Shown here one piece after another: positions 42,569 through 57,032 of a stretch of DNA of 64,000 nucleotides (position 1 is its first letter; each line of letters begins with the position of its first letter). A program made the position numbers and the translations under genes. This stretch comes from Eledone cirrhosa. Lineage: Eukaryota. The stretch lies in contig OZ024747.1 in the NCBI GenBank assembly GCA_964016885.1, positions 7,068,001-7,132,000 on the forward strand. The letters are read 5' to 3'. Below the pieces are notes generated by a model that searched no databases, had not been told where the DNA came from, and saw nothing but the letters and a program-made list of their open reading frames with translations.

Positions 42569-43486
42569 ATGTATGTATGTATATATGTATGTGTGTGTGT
42601 GTGTATGTATGTATGTGTGTATGTATGTGTGTGTGTATGTATGTATGTATGTATGTATGTATATATGTATGTATGTGTGTGTGTGTGTATGTATGTATGT
42701 GTGTATGTATGTGTGTGTGTATATGCATGTGTATGTATGTGAAGTTGTGGGTGCAGTATATTTGAATTATAAAGTTCGCTTCATAATCCGGAGGTTCCAG
42801 GACCGACTCCAATAAATGGTATCTCGGACAAGTGCCTGTTACCCTACCCTCTTGTCGACCCAGACTGTACCAGTGAACCTGGCTTGACGTGTGTTGAACA
42901 GAAACTCATCGAATGGATTGTATCATTCAAAGGTGATTTGTCTGGTTATTATGTAAAGGGTACTCGTGTTTGTGGAATACTCAACCACATATCTAATCTA
43001 ATCTAATCTGGCCGAGTTTACACTCGCAAATAAGAAGAACCAGGGCCACCCCTAGGAGCATTGGATTTGGTGTACTTCATATTTGTTTCGGTTGCTGAAT
43101 ACAATCAGGGGTCACTGCTTCTCCTGAAGGTTAATAGTTCTCTTCTAACTCGAGCGGGAACGCCTTTCCATTGTCAATTTACATTGATCGTCTGCAAAGC
43201 CGCATTGTTCTCAGAGCCACTACACCAGTCTTTCTATGTGTGCAGCTGGAACTACTGCCACCCATTGATTTGGCAGGATAAACCACATAAACGTTAATTC
43301 AATGAGCAAGAGGTAGCCCAGTTGCTCGAACAAGTGAATACCCCTAGTCGAAACCGAAATTAATGCGTGCAAGATTCCACAGCTCTAGCATCACTCCTTC
43401 ATAGTCAGCCTACGAAATTTTCAGCTGACCCTCGCATACATGTCAGTCATGCCAATTAGACTGGCCATTTCAGCTATATTCTACAT

Positions 43487-43905
43487 ATATTTGGGCAACA
43501 TTTTACGAGCAGTGGGCCGCAAAAGATATATATAAGCAGTGGGCCGCATAGGATATATATAAGCAGTGGGCCGCATAGGATATATAAAAACAGTGGGCCA
43601 CATAGGATATATATAAGCAGTGGGCCGCATAGGATATATATAAGCAGTGGGCCACATAGGATATATATAAGCAGTGGGCCACATAGGATATATATAAGCA
43701 GTGGGCCGCATAAGATATATATAAACAGTGGGCCGCATAGGATATATATAAGCAGTGGGCCGCATAAGATATATATAAGCAGTGGGCCGCATAGGATATC
43801 TATAAGCAGTGGGCCGCATAGGATATCTATAAGCAGTGGGCCGCATAAGATATATATAAGCGTGTCATTGAGAAGGCCAAAGGGGCCGCAGGGTGCTCAT
43901 GACTG
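43487..43905. mobile_element. hAT-like MITE with internal 27-bp tandem array (~13 copies)
   Basis: Unit aagcagtgggccgcataggatatatat; right end gggccgcagggtgctcatgactg; flanks ttctacat / ttctacac. Confidence 0.6.
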
Positions 43906-44870
43906 TTCTACACCCTGCTTGACATAGCGTTGCAATAGTAAGATATCTCCGTAGACGGAATTATAGGAGTAATTGGTGAAACATACAGAAAAAGAAAGCA
44001 GCATTGGAAAGAACTATAAAGGCCATAAATGAGCAGAAGGGGGGGGGGGGGTAGCAAGGACTATTAGACAAAGGAAGAAAGAAAGGTGGAAGGGAAGAGG
44101 GTGACAGACTCTACCCCTAGGTCAGAGCGGTGTTTCAGTTGCGCCCCGCGGATATAATGTCAAAGGCATTTCCGTGAACAATGGCCAGCGTCACCTGCTC
44201 CATCAGCCACACCACCTCCTGGTACACAGGACCACACAGCGACACCTGCTGCAACAGCCACACCACCCCCCGGTACACAGGACCACACAGCGACGGAACT
44301 CACGTATAATAACCTGTTCAATCCTTAGGATCTGCCCCCGACCCAGATCCCTTACAAACCTGATCCAGTACAGAGACACACACCGATTCTAATTCTACAC
44401 TCAGCTATCTGAACCCCAATGACCCAACTCAGCCGAGACCCTGCAATTACCTTCAATTAGTTAGAAAACCATTACCAACTTAACGAACCAATAAACCCGA
44501 GAAGGAAAGATGTGAAACCATAAGTCCCACCGATAACCAAGTGAATACGACTACAAACCTTATGAAACAACTGAGTGTGAACAAAACAAAGGAAAATAGT
44601 AGAAACAGATATATACAATTAAACGCTCCATGAAGCAATAACCCTTTACTCAATAAAGCACGTTATCCACAGACCAACACAGAACGAACAGAACTATAGA
44701 GCAGAAACCGTAATTAAATAGACTGAAGTGAACATGCAACAAAAACCCGACTTGAATCTTAAATTACATAACTAACTAATCAAGGCATAGAAAAAAAATA
44801 CTAAATATCCACTTACTCGAAAATATGTGTGAGCAATGTTGTGTTGTCTATTGAAATATGTTGAAAAGAC

Positions 44871-46536
44871 GACTGTGTCCTACCCAGGACAGCCAAAGTT
44901 AGAGTAGACTGTGTCCTACCCAGGACAGCCAAAGTTAGAGTAGACTGTGCCCTACCCAGGACAGCCAAAGTTAGAGTAGACTGTGTCCTACCCAGGACAG
45001 CCAAAGTTAGAGCTGCTAGACTGTCCTACCCAGGACAGCCAAAGTCAGAGCTGCTAGACTGTGTCCTACCCAGGACAGCCAAAGTCAGAGCTGCTAGACT
45101 GTGTCCTACCCAGGACAGCCAAAGTCAGAGCTGCTAGACTGTGTCCTACCCAGGACAGCCAAAGTTAGAGCTGCTAGACTGTGTCCTACCCAGGACAGCC
45201 AAAGTTAGAGCCGCTAGACTGTGTCCTACTCAGGACAGCCAAAGTCAGAGCTGCTAGACTGTGTCCTACCCAGGACAGCCAAAGTTAGAGCTGCTAGACT
45301 GTGTCCTACCCAGGACAGCCAAAGTCAGAGCTGCTAGACTGTGTCCTACCCAGGACAGCCAAAGTTAGAGCTGCTAGACTGTGTCCTACCCAGAACAGCC
45401 AAAGTCAGAGCTGCTAGACTGTGTCCTACCCAGAACAGCCAAAGTCAGAGCTGCTAGACTGTGTCCTACCCAGGACAGCCAAAGTCAGAGCTGCTAGACT
45501 GTGTCCTACCCAGGACAGCCAAAGTCAGAGCTGCTAGACTGTGTCCTACCCAGAACAGCCAAAGTCAGAGCTGCTAGACTGTGTCCTACCCAGGACAGCC
45601 AAAGTCAGAGCTGCTAGACTGTGTCCTACCCAGGACAGCCAAAGTCAGAGCTGCTAGACTGTGTCCTACCCAGGACAGCCAAAGTCAGAGCTGCTAGACT
45701 GTGTCCTACCCAGAACAGCCAAAGTCAGAGCTGCTAGACTGTGTCCTACCCAGGACAGCCAAAGTTAGAGCTGCTAGACTGTGTCCTACCCAGAACAGCC
45801 AAAGTCAGAGCTGCTAGACTGTGTCCTACCCAGAACAGCCAAAGCAGAGCTGCTAGACTGTGTCCTACCCAGGACAGCCAAAGTCAGAGCTGCTAGACTG
45901 TGTCCTACCCAGGACAGCCAAAGTCAGAGCTGCTAGACTGTGTCCTACCCAGGAGAGCCAAAGTTAGAGCTGCTAGACTGTGTCCTACCCAGGAGAGCCA
46001 AAGTTAGAGCTGCTAGACTGTGTCCTACCCGGGACAGCCAAAGTTAGAGCTGCTAGACTGTGTCCTACCCAGGAGAGCCAAAGTTAGAGCTGCTAGACTG
46101 TGTCCTACCCAGGAGAGCCAAAGTTAGAGCTGCTAGACTGTGTCCTACCCAGGACAGCCAAAGTCAGAGCTGCTAGACTGTGTCCTACCCAGGACAGCCA
46201 AAGTCAGAGCTGCTAGACTGTGTCCTACCCAGAACAGCCAAAGTCAGAGCTGCTAGACTGTGTCCTACCCAGGACAGCCAAAGTCAGAGCTGCTAGACTG
46301 TGTCCTACCCAGAACAGCCAAAGTCAGAGCTGCTAGACTGTGTCCTACCCAGAACAGCCAAAGTCAGAGCTGCTAGACTGTGTCCTACCCAGGACAGCCA
46401 AAGTCAGAGCTGCTAGACTGTGTCCTACCCAGAACAGCCAAAGTTAGAGCTGCTAGACTGTGTCCTACCCGGGACAGCCAAAGTCAGAGCTGCTAGACTG
46501 TGTCCTACCCAGGACAGCCAAAGTCAGAGCTGCTAG
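44871..46536. repeat. 40-bp minisatellite (~42 copies; first copies 36 bp)
   Basis: Unit gtgtcctacccaggacagccaaagtcagagctgctagact with hairpin TGTCCT-accc-AGGACA. Confidence 0.97.
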
Positions 46537-46787
46537 CTTTGTTAGCTTTGGTCCATGGCATCATTGCACCCTTCTGTTTCGTTTTTAAATGTTAGGGAGG
46601 AGAGTTGTCGTAAATGAGAATCAAACATCTGGTGAATCGATTCTGTTTACACAGTTTCGATTCATGGTTGGATCCGTTTCACTTCTCTTCATTTCATTTC
46701 ACTTGGTATCAGTTAATGAGAATCACATCCCTCATTACCCCCCCCCCCAACCACCACATACACCTACCTTCTAATGATCCAAAAATA

Positions 46788-46869
<82 letters not shown>

Positions 46870-47448
46870 TTGAGGGAATTTGACTGATTTGAAATATAAG
46901 TTCGCGAAAGAATGTACTTTCTACTTTTAGAGAGAGAGAGAAAAAAGGAATGGCGAAATAAAGAGAGGGACTAAGAGAGATATGATGGGTTTCTGCAGAG
47001 TCTCTGTCGACCAATTTCCTCTCATATGCCATTGATCAACCCATTTCAATGATAGTGCTACCGAACATGAAAAACTATGATAGCGAAGAGAAAGTTTTCA
47101 CCACACAGCCATTCACATTTTGTATTTAACATCCACAAAGGAATATTCTCTTCATCAGATCCCGAATGGAACTCTCTAGCGATATAGCATACCCAAATGA
47201 CAAACATCTTCTCTCTTCTTTCTTTCTTTCTTTCTTTCTTTTTTCTTGTGGCATGATATTAACGCTGACTTATGTGCCTATCCCTTTCTGTTTTCCTTTA
47301 TCTGACCGGTAGTAGCACACTGTAAGCTTTAGCCACGTCACTTGAGGGCGACCGGCAAAGGTAGAAGATGCTGGATGGCGGTCGTCCTCGGGTCTTTGAT
47401 TTTCAGCCCCATGGATTTTATCCATTACATTCACTTATTATATTTCAA

Positions 47449-47506
47449 ATACCTGATGATATCACCGGATTCATACGGAACCCGGTCATTGAAATGATCA
47501 TAGTAT
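47449..47506 (+). ncRNA. Minimal type-I hammerhead ribozyme (GATC loop)
   Basis: ATAC-CTGATGA-tatcACCGGattcatacggaacCCGGTcatt-GAAA-T-GATC-A-TA|GTAT. Confidence 0.8.
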
Positions 47507-47700
47507 AATAAACCTTTCAAGGATTTACACAAGTCCAGCCTCCTGTCATTTCATTATAATATTTAACTCCGTACTCGCACCACCAACTACAAAAACAAAG
47601 ACGGTTGAACTGCCTTACGTTGAGTACTCTCTATATTATTACATTGAGATTGACCATACGGAATAGACCAGCTTTATCCAGTGGTGAACCTCAAACCTGA

Positions 47701-47737
<37 letters not shown>

Positions 47738-47869
47738 TATATGTATATATACATATATATACATATATCTACGTGTGTGTGTGCGCGTGTGTGTGTGTGT
47801 GTGTTAAGTATTTCCGTAGAAGAGGTAAAGGAAAGAACAGTGCTCTATGTATGCGTGTGCGTGTATATA

Positions 47870-47918
<49 letters not shown>

Positions 47919-48201
47919 ATATATACTAGTATATGTATGTTTATAAAGGGATTGTAATGTCCTTTTTATTATTAGCATACATATATATATATTTGTGTGT
48001 GTGTGTGTATGTGTGTGTGTGAGTATTTCTGTATGTATATAGGTATGGATGTATACATGTATCTATATATAGATTTTCAGAAATAGATATACATTCCAGC
48101 ACATTCATATTCCAACGGATCTGTGTGTGTGTGTGTGTGCGCTTGTGTGTGTGTGTGTGTGCGCTTGTGTGTGTGTGTGTGTGCGCTTGTGTGTGTGCTT
48201 G

Positions 48202-48262
<61 letters not shown>

Positions 48263-48664
48263 CATACATACATGCATGCATACGTACATTCATACATACA
48301 CACATACGTACATACATACATACGTACATACATACGTACATACATACATACAGGGATACATACGTACATACATACATACATACACACATACGTACATACA
48401 TGCATACATACATATATACATACATACAGGGATACATACGTACATACATACATTCATACATACATATATACGTACGTACGTACATACATACATACATACA
48501 CACATACGTACATACATGCATACATACATATATACATATATACATACATACATACATACATACATTCATACATACATATATACGTACGTACGTACATACA
48601 TACATACATACATACATACATACATACATACATACATACGTACGTACGTACATACATACATACA

Positions 48665-48698
<34 letters not shown>

Positions 48699-49110
48699 CG
48701 TACGTACGTACGTACATACATACATACATACATACATACATACATACATACATACATACGTACGTACGTACGTACATACATGCATACATTCATACATACA
48801 TACATATATACATACATACATACGTACGTACATACACACATACGTACATACATGCATACATACCTGCACACACACACATACATACATGCATACATAATTA
48901 CATGCATACATACATACATACATACATACATACATACATACATACATACATACATACATACATACATACATACATACATACGTACGTACATACACACATA
49001 CGTACATACATGCATACATACCTGCACACACACACATACATACATGCATACATAATTACATGCATACATACATACATACATACATACATACATACATACA
49101 TACACATACT
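48263..49110. repeat. (TACA/TACG)n microsatellite
   Basis: Direct reading. Confidence 0.95.
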
Positions 49111-49949
49111 TCCACATACAAATTCCAATGCTACACATACACACAGATATACACACATACACACACACATGCATACATACACATACACACAGATATACAC
49201 ACACATACATGCATACATACACACACACACATACACATACACACTGATATACTTACACACATACACACATTCTCGGATAGGAATCTATTGCATCTGACCA
49301 TAATTATATTTGTAAAAATAAACTTAATGTTGTAAGACTTACACATACACACACATACACACACATACACACACATACACACACATACACATACGTACAC
49401 ACACCTACACACACATACACACATACACACATACAACTACATACATACACCTACATACACACATACACATACGTATACACACCTACACACACATACGCAC
49501 ATACACCTACACACACATACATACACATACACACACATATACACACGCACGCATACACACACAGACACACAAACACACACATACTTTAATATATAGTTAT
49601 GAACATAAACATACTATTATAAGCCTTACACATATACGTAGGTATTTCAACAGATATACAGCTATACACACACACACTCTCACACACACACACACACTCA
49701 CACACACACACACACACTCACACACACACGCACACACACAGTTGTATATCTACACACATAAATATATACCCAAACAGATATACATACATACATATATACA
49801 CACATACACACATACATACATACATTCATACATATATATATGTATATACATACATAAATACATACATAAATACATACATACATGTATTCATATATTCATA
49901 CATACATACATACGTACACTCACATACTTTAATATATGTATTATATATA

Positions 49950-49990
<41 letters not shown>

Positions 49991-49995
49991 AAAAA

Positions 49996-50139
<144 letters not shown>

Positions 50140-50287
50140 ATACTTTGGGAGGGTCATGTTGCCAATAAGAAACACACGCACCAGTTGCTTTCACTCCAAT
50201 TTATTATAAATTAAATTTATAAATTTAAGAATTTATAAATTTCCGGTTGGTTGGTTGGTTCCATAACCGGACGGTTGTTCATATATT

Positions 50288-50330
50288 GTCAAAGTTCTTT
50301 CGTCACACATTCTGTGACCTCATCAGAGAC
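50288..50330 (-). ncRNA. Hammerhead motif (GUCAC-stem family, CTGATGA core)
   Basis: GTCT-CTGATGA-ggtcacagaatgtgtgac-GAAA-GAAC-TT|TGAC; one stem I mismatch. Confidence 0.6.
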
Positions 50331-50631
50331 TGGGGATTGTTTCTTTGTTTTTGTGCCTCTCCTTTGTTCTGTCCTACGCCATCTTGTTTTTGTGTGTCAA
50401 AACAAAAACAAGATGGCATAGGACAGAACAAAGGAGAGGCACAAAAACAAAGAAAGAATCCCCAGTCACTGATGAGGTCACAGAATGTGTGACTAGTCCA
50501 GAATTAGCCGTCGAAACGGCTTGAGCTCAGCCGTCGGGGTCCTACTCGTTCCTATTACCCACTCTACTACCCTAAGTATTGAGTACTTTGGTGCGTTATG
50601 GTCCACCTGGTTCCTTACCACATTTCCTTCG

Positions 50632-50704
<73 letters not shown>

Positions 50705-50936
50705 ATATATATGTATAGAATATATATATGTATATAATGTATATATATATATCAGGGGTAGTGGAAGCATTGCTGTATGGTGGGGGATTTGGTCAATTTA
50801 TTTAGTTCTAGCGATTAGTTTAGCTGTTTGCACTTTAAAATAACCAGAGATCTTCAATATGCGATAAACATAACATGTAACCCATAACTTTTATACCCTT
50901 TATATACCAAACACCTGCTGGATGCTCATTTACATA

Positions 50937-51337
50937 CGAGGGTCAACTGAAAAGTCCAAAGGCTGACCAAGATACTCTCATGGAATGACCAAATGAGGTT
51001 TATTTTTCAACATAGTCACTGGAAGGAAATAATGCAGTTATTAATAAGAAGAGTTGAAATTAATCCATGCAAAATTTCAACTCTTTTTATTAATAACAGC
51101 ATTATTTCCTTCCAGGGACTATGTGGAAAAATAAACCTCATTTGGCCATTCCATGAGAGTATGTTGGTCAGCCTATGAAGAAGTGATGCTAGAGCTATGA
51201 AATTTTGCACACATTAATTTCAACTCTTCTTACTAATAACTGCATTGTTTCTTTCCAGACATTATGTTGAAAAAACCTCATTTGGTCATTCCAGGAGAGT
51301 ATCTTGGTCAGGCCATCAAGTTTTCAGCCAACCCTTG
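50937..51337. mobile_element. Rearranged mariner MITE with internal inverted duplications
   Basis: TA|CGAGGGTCAACTGAAAAG...TTTTCAGCCAACCCTTG|TA; three partial copies of the 22420 MITE body (+,-,-). Confidence 0.8.
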
Positions 51338-51526
51338 TACGTTAAGCAACGTAATCAGTTAAATAACTGAATTATTTAGAAGTGTAATATGGTGCCATTG
51401 CTAACAGCTCAGCTGAGTACACTTTCTAGTTATATGTTGGCAGCAACAATGCATAACTTCGAAGACGACGGAAACAGTTTGTTTAAGTCATTCGCCAGTT
51501 ATGAGCTAAATTTAACATTGACAATG

Positions 51527-51575
<49 letters not shown>

Positions 51576-51592
51576 GAAGAAGCTAGTCGAAT

Positions 51593-51723
<131 letters not shown>

Positions 51724-51766
51724 TATTATTTGTACTGCCTCTCTGTTTTTGTTCCTGTCTAAGGTT

Positions 51767-51852
<86 letters not shown>

Positions 51853-51981
51853 GGTGGCATCTGTTTATCTAGGCATATATTGGCAAGGTGTATATGTACT
51901 TATGTTTAAGTATGTATATATATATATGTGTTGACAGAAGCTGAACGGGACAATTTTCTTTGTGTGTGTGTGTGTGTGTGG

Positions 51982-52099
<118 letters not shown>

Positions 52100-53046
52100 G
52101 TATTCCATTCGTCAGTAAATCGCAGGATAGGTGCTTGTCCGCATGCATATGTACGTCTGTAAGAAAAACATTAGAAGTGTAAAGATAAATATCTATAGGT
52201 GTTCAGTTTTGTAATATATGTATATACAGCACGACTGTAAGTATTGATAGGCACTCGAATGTATAAATACATCTAAACATTTCTTCATCAAGTCATAAAT
52301 TATATTATATTATATTTCGTAAACTGTTAACATTCCTACGCCATTTTGTTGTCAGTTCATTTTCCTCAAACATCTCTCGAATCTTTAAGATTTGCTCCGA
52401 CTTTCATCTACCTCGCTTATACAGCTGTTTCGTACGCTGGGTAAGAAATAAAAATAACATAAAAATGCAACATCTAATGACGATGTGCATTCGCAATGCA
52501 CACCTGTTTATAGTATCAAAATACAACAAAGAATGCAGGGAAAATAAAATAAATGATCACAATTGCTTGTTTGAATATAGATATAGGAATGTGACAATAG
52601 CCACTGAAAAATGTAGACTTTTGAGGAAAAGGAAAATGTCGGCTGTCACAAGGCTTAAACGTGAACAGGAATAATTGTAAACATGGAGACTGTTGATAAC
52701 TCCAAACCTGCTGTGGCATGCAAAGAGATGCAGTGTGCAGCGTGTATTGTGGGCTGCGATATACACACATACGTACGTACATACATACATACGTACATAC
52801 ATACATACGTACATACATACATGCATATATACATTCATACATGCATACATATATACATACATACATACATACATACATACATACGTACATACATACATAC
52901 ATACATACATACATACATACTTACGTACATACGTACACGCATACATATATATACATATATACATACATACGTACGTACATACATACGTACACGGATCCGT
53001 GCATACATACATATATACATACATACATACGTACATACATACATAC

Positions 53047-53462
53047 ATGGTGGCTGCCAACTCGTTTTCGAGTACGGCCACTACTTTATATCCATGTAGG
53101 AGAACCCCTACCGATGCGCTGAACAAGTGTGACTTTTTAGTCCAGCTAGTGACTTGAAAACTCTGGTACAAACACTACACCTGTAACAATTATTGACACA
53201 TAGTGCTGGGCCCATGATACCATGTGACGACAAGTGCAGAGAGATCTCCAGATATAAAGCAATGCCTGTGCCGTGAAGCTTTTATAGTGAGCAAAGGCAC
53301 TGCACAAAGCCAGTCCCACTCTCTTGACCAAGATGATATTTACCAAAAAGAAGAGCAAGTCAACATCATTGGATACCATCAGAGTTGCAGGTGTTATATC
53401 AGAGTTTTCCTTCTCCTAGAATTCTGCCTTGATAAAGGCTAAGGGGTCATCTCTCCCGGTGA
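53047..53462 (-). mobile_element. RTE-like LINE 5'/APE fragment, local duplicate of 54448-54863
   Basis: Nearly identical ~415-bp copies; weak [22 protein letters not shown] similarity to an APE N-terminus. Confidence 0.55.
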
Positions 53463-53769
53463 TACATACATACATATATACATAATACATATATACATAC
53501 ATACATACATATACATAATAACTGCATATACACATGTACAGATGTAAAAGCATATACACATGCATACATACAACTCAAAACATACACATCCACACATACA
53601 ATAATATCCATATCTACACTTGCATGCATACATATCTACCTAGTTGATGTTGTGTAAATTCCAATGAGAGAGTCTTGTGTCTATGTTAGAAACCGACTCT
53701 CACTCTATTGGTAAAACTTTGTGAAATTATAAAACCAGAAGAACATACATATATACATACAGGAATATA

Positions 53770-54190
53770 TATACAGGAACCTGAAAATAAAAACTGCCAC
53801 CAAATTAAAGCACAACCGGCCTGATAGTGTTGTTTGGGACCACACATTGAAAGCGTGTTCTGTTGTGGAGATCAGCTGCCCACTTGATGTAAACGTTGTC
53901 AGAAAAATACAGGAGAAGGACGACATCTACGGACCATTGATGAGGAGTTTACAAATCCAGTATCCAAGATACACCTATTAGAGCTACCGCTTGGACCAAT
54001 GTATAACTGAACTTGGATTTGCGGACAAAGAGCGCAGCTCCCTAATTCATAGTCTACAAATGGCTGCGATAGCTGGCACCTTCAAAATTTGCAAAACATT
54101 CTTGCGATTCGTGGGATGACAATTTCTTTTCTTTTACAACCTTGCCACCAGGAAGGTGGCCGGTCAAAAATATACTCGAAATTAAGAGAA
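53770..54190 (+). mobile_element. R4/NeSL-type non-LTR retrotransposon 3' end (restriction-like endonuclease)
   Basis: IKTATKLKHNRPDSVVWDHTLKACSVVEISCPLDVNVVRKIQEKDDIYGPL...ELGF...[13 protein letters not shown] (PD-D/E motif). Confidence 0.85.
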
Positions 54191-54304
54191 AGAGAGAACA
54201 TATATACATACATATATACATATATACATACATACATATATACATATATACATACATACATATATACATATATACATATATACATACATACATACATACA
54301 TACA

Positions 54305-54338
<34 letters not shown>

Positions 54339-54376
54339 CATACATACATATATACATATATACATACATATATATA

Positions 54377-54410
<34 letters not shown>

Positions 54411-54447
54411 CATACATACATATATACATATATACATACATATATAT

Positions 54448-55020
54448 ATGGTGGCTGCCAACTCGTTTTCGAGTACGGCCACTACTTTATATCCATGTAG
54501 GAGAACCCCTACCGATGCGCTGAACGAGTGTGACTTTTTAGTCCAGCCAGCGACTTGAAAACTCTGGTACAAACACTACACTTGTGACAATTACTGACAC
54601 ATAGTGCTGGGCCCATGGTACCACGTGACGACAAGTGCAGAGAGATCTCCAGATATAAAGCAATGCCTGTGCCGTGAAGCTTTTATAGTGAGCAAAGGCA
54701 CTGCACAAAGCCAGTCCCACTCTCTTAACCAAGATGATATTTACCAAAAAGAAGAACAAGTCAACATCATTGGATACCATCAGGGTTGCAGGTGCTATAT
54801 CAGAGTTTTCCTTCTCCTAGAATTCTGCCTTGACAAAGGCTAAGGGGTCATCTCTCCCGGTGATTTTGGATGGCCATTGACTCTTAAGAGCTCCTTTGCC
54901 CTTTGACAGGTTTTGTTTTTAGTCCTGCAGGATGTCCAAAGTCACCCTCCTCACCAAGAAACCTTGGTGGGGTTGCCAGTTTAGTCGCCAACGACCCGAC
55001 CATGGGACAGGTTGTACTGG
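54448..55020 (-). mobile_element. RTE-like LINE 5' end
   Basis: Longer copy including the UTR-like motif ctaggagaaggaaaactc. Confidence 0.55.
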
Positions 55021-55021
55021 G

Positions 55022-55040
55022 ATATATATATATACATACA

Positions 55041-55074
<34 letters not shown>

Positions 55075-55152
55075 CATATGTACATATATACATACATATA
55101 TACATACATATATACATATATACATATATATATACATACATACATACATACA

Positions 55153-55186
<34 letters not shown>

Positions 55187-55252
55187 CATACATACATATA
55201 TACATATATACATACATATATATATACATACATACATACATACATACATACA

Positions 55253-55286
<34 letters not shown>

Positions 55287-55332
55287 CATACATACATATA
55301 TACATATATACATACATATATACATACATACA

Positions 55333-55366
<34 letters not shown>

Positions 55367-55476
55367 CATACATACATATATACATACATATATACATACA
55401 TATATACATATATACATATATACATATATATATACATAAATACATACATACATACATACATACATACATACATACA

Positions 55477-55510
<34 letters not shown>

Positions 55511-55560
55511 CATACATACATATATACATATATACATACATATATATATACATACATACA

Positions 55561-55594
<34 letters not shown>

Positions 55595-55652
55595 CATACA
55601 TACATATATACATATATACATACATATATACATACATACATACATACATACA

Positions 55653-55686
<34 letters not shown>

Positions 55687-55688
55687 CA

Positions 55689-55722
<34 letters not shown>

Positions 55723-55768
55723 CATACATACATATATACATAAATACATTTATACATATATACATATA

Positions 55769-55800
<32 letters not shown>

Positions 55801-55810
55801 CATATATACA
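55022..55810. repeat. (TACA/TA)n microsatellite
   Basis: Direct reading. Confidence 0.95.
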
Positions 55811-56045
55811 GTTGCCGGAATTGACAATCTTGGAGGACATTGAACTTGATACAGTTTACAGTCTTTTTGACAACTGAAAACGAAAGATTCAGATTTTCCT
55901 CTGAGTATTTATCTACTAAGGGCTCCCTGTGAACCCCACAATGACTAGTGTAGTAAATACCGATGGTGTAACTTATTTTAGATTGCAAATGAATCCTTTG
56001 TATCTACCAACCATGGCAGCAACACCATTAGTTGCACTAGTATAC
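55805..56045 (-). pseudogene. hAT (Buster/Charlie, ZBED5/SCAND3-like) transposase remnant
   Basis: ATNGVAAMVGRYKGFI / HCGVHREPLVDK...[22 protein letters not shown] (TDGA.AM.G and HC..HRE.L motifs). Confidence 0.85.
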
Positions 56046-56067
56046 ACTGTAATAATACACTGTAATA

Positions 56068-56255
56068 ATTGTTTCTACTTTTGGCACAAGGCCAGCAAAT
56101 TACCCAGTGCATTACTGGTACTTTATTTTATCGACCCCGTAAGGATGAAAGGCAATGTTAACCTCGGCGGGATTTGAACTCAGAATGGCAAGGGCCGTAA
56201 CTCTATGCATCAATGCCTGGCGTCCGACCCTCTACCGATACTGCCAATCCACCGA
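56068..56255 (-). mobile_element. Full-length tRNA/Meta SINE
   Basis: Family motif; flanked by the direct repeat aataatacactgtaataat. Confidence 0.9.
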
Positions 56256-57032
56256 ATAATACACTGTAATAATACAATGCATTAGAAAATTGTTTTTGCA
56301 TCAATAACTTTTAACTTTTTCAATGGTTGATCCTTGAGAAATCGTTTTAATATTTCTGGCAAACCTCTTCCGTCAGTTTGGTTTTGTCCCAGAATCTCAC
56401 ACGAATCATGAGAGATACATCGTTAACTTTAAAGTAGTTTCATCTAATTGTAAAGGAAATTTCTTTAATTAAAGGTAACTGACCGATTCTTATTCTTGGT
56501 CTCGACCCAACGTATCAATTATTCTGGTGGCAGATTCCTCCCCGACACACACATACACTCACTGACACACACTATTATGCTTTATTCACACACAAACATC
56601 ACTCTTACTTCCACGACTTATCAGCCACACACACTCTACCAGTTTGCCACACACCTTCATTACCCGTCCATCATATTCACACAACCCAAATCCACCATAC
56701 GTATATACTACCCATCCACGGGTACAGATACACTACATACCAGTATGCTCAGGAACTCATGTGAGTCAACGGCCATCCAATAGAGAGTACATATGTATAT
56801 ATTGTGTGGGTGTGTAAATATGTTAATTTAAGTGTGTGCAGAGCTGTAGTAGATTTAACTGGTTGGCACTGGATGGTCTTTTGTGGAGTCCTCGTGTATC
56901 CCAGTATCTTTTGAACATTACCACCCAGCGAACAGGTATATGCTCATTCAAACTCATTCAAGCTGAGCACCCAACCTCTCTCTGTTCGAAGACCGACCTG
57001 CTTAGTGTAAAGCCATATCCTACACGAGCTGC

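Noticed and set aside
44085-44175. RCFSC as a zinc knuckle of a LINE ORF1
   Set aside because: CCHC spacing is incomplete and the frame is broken
44871-46536. Hairpin-containing 36-40-bp repeats as a CRISPR array
   Set aside because: No unique spacers, no cas genes, eukaryotic context
52356-52446. Possible exon ending GG|GTAAGA
   Set aside because: Isolated splice-like signal with no recognisable peptide or partner exons
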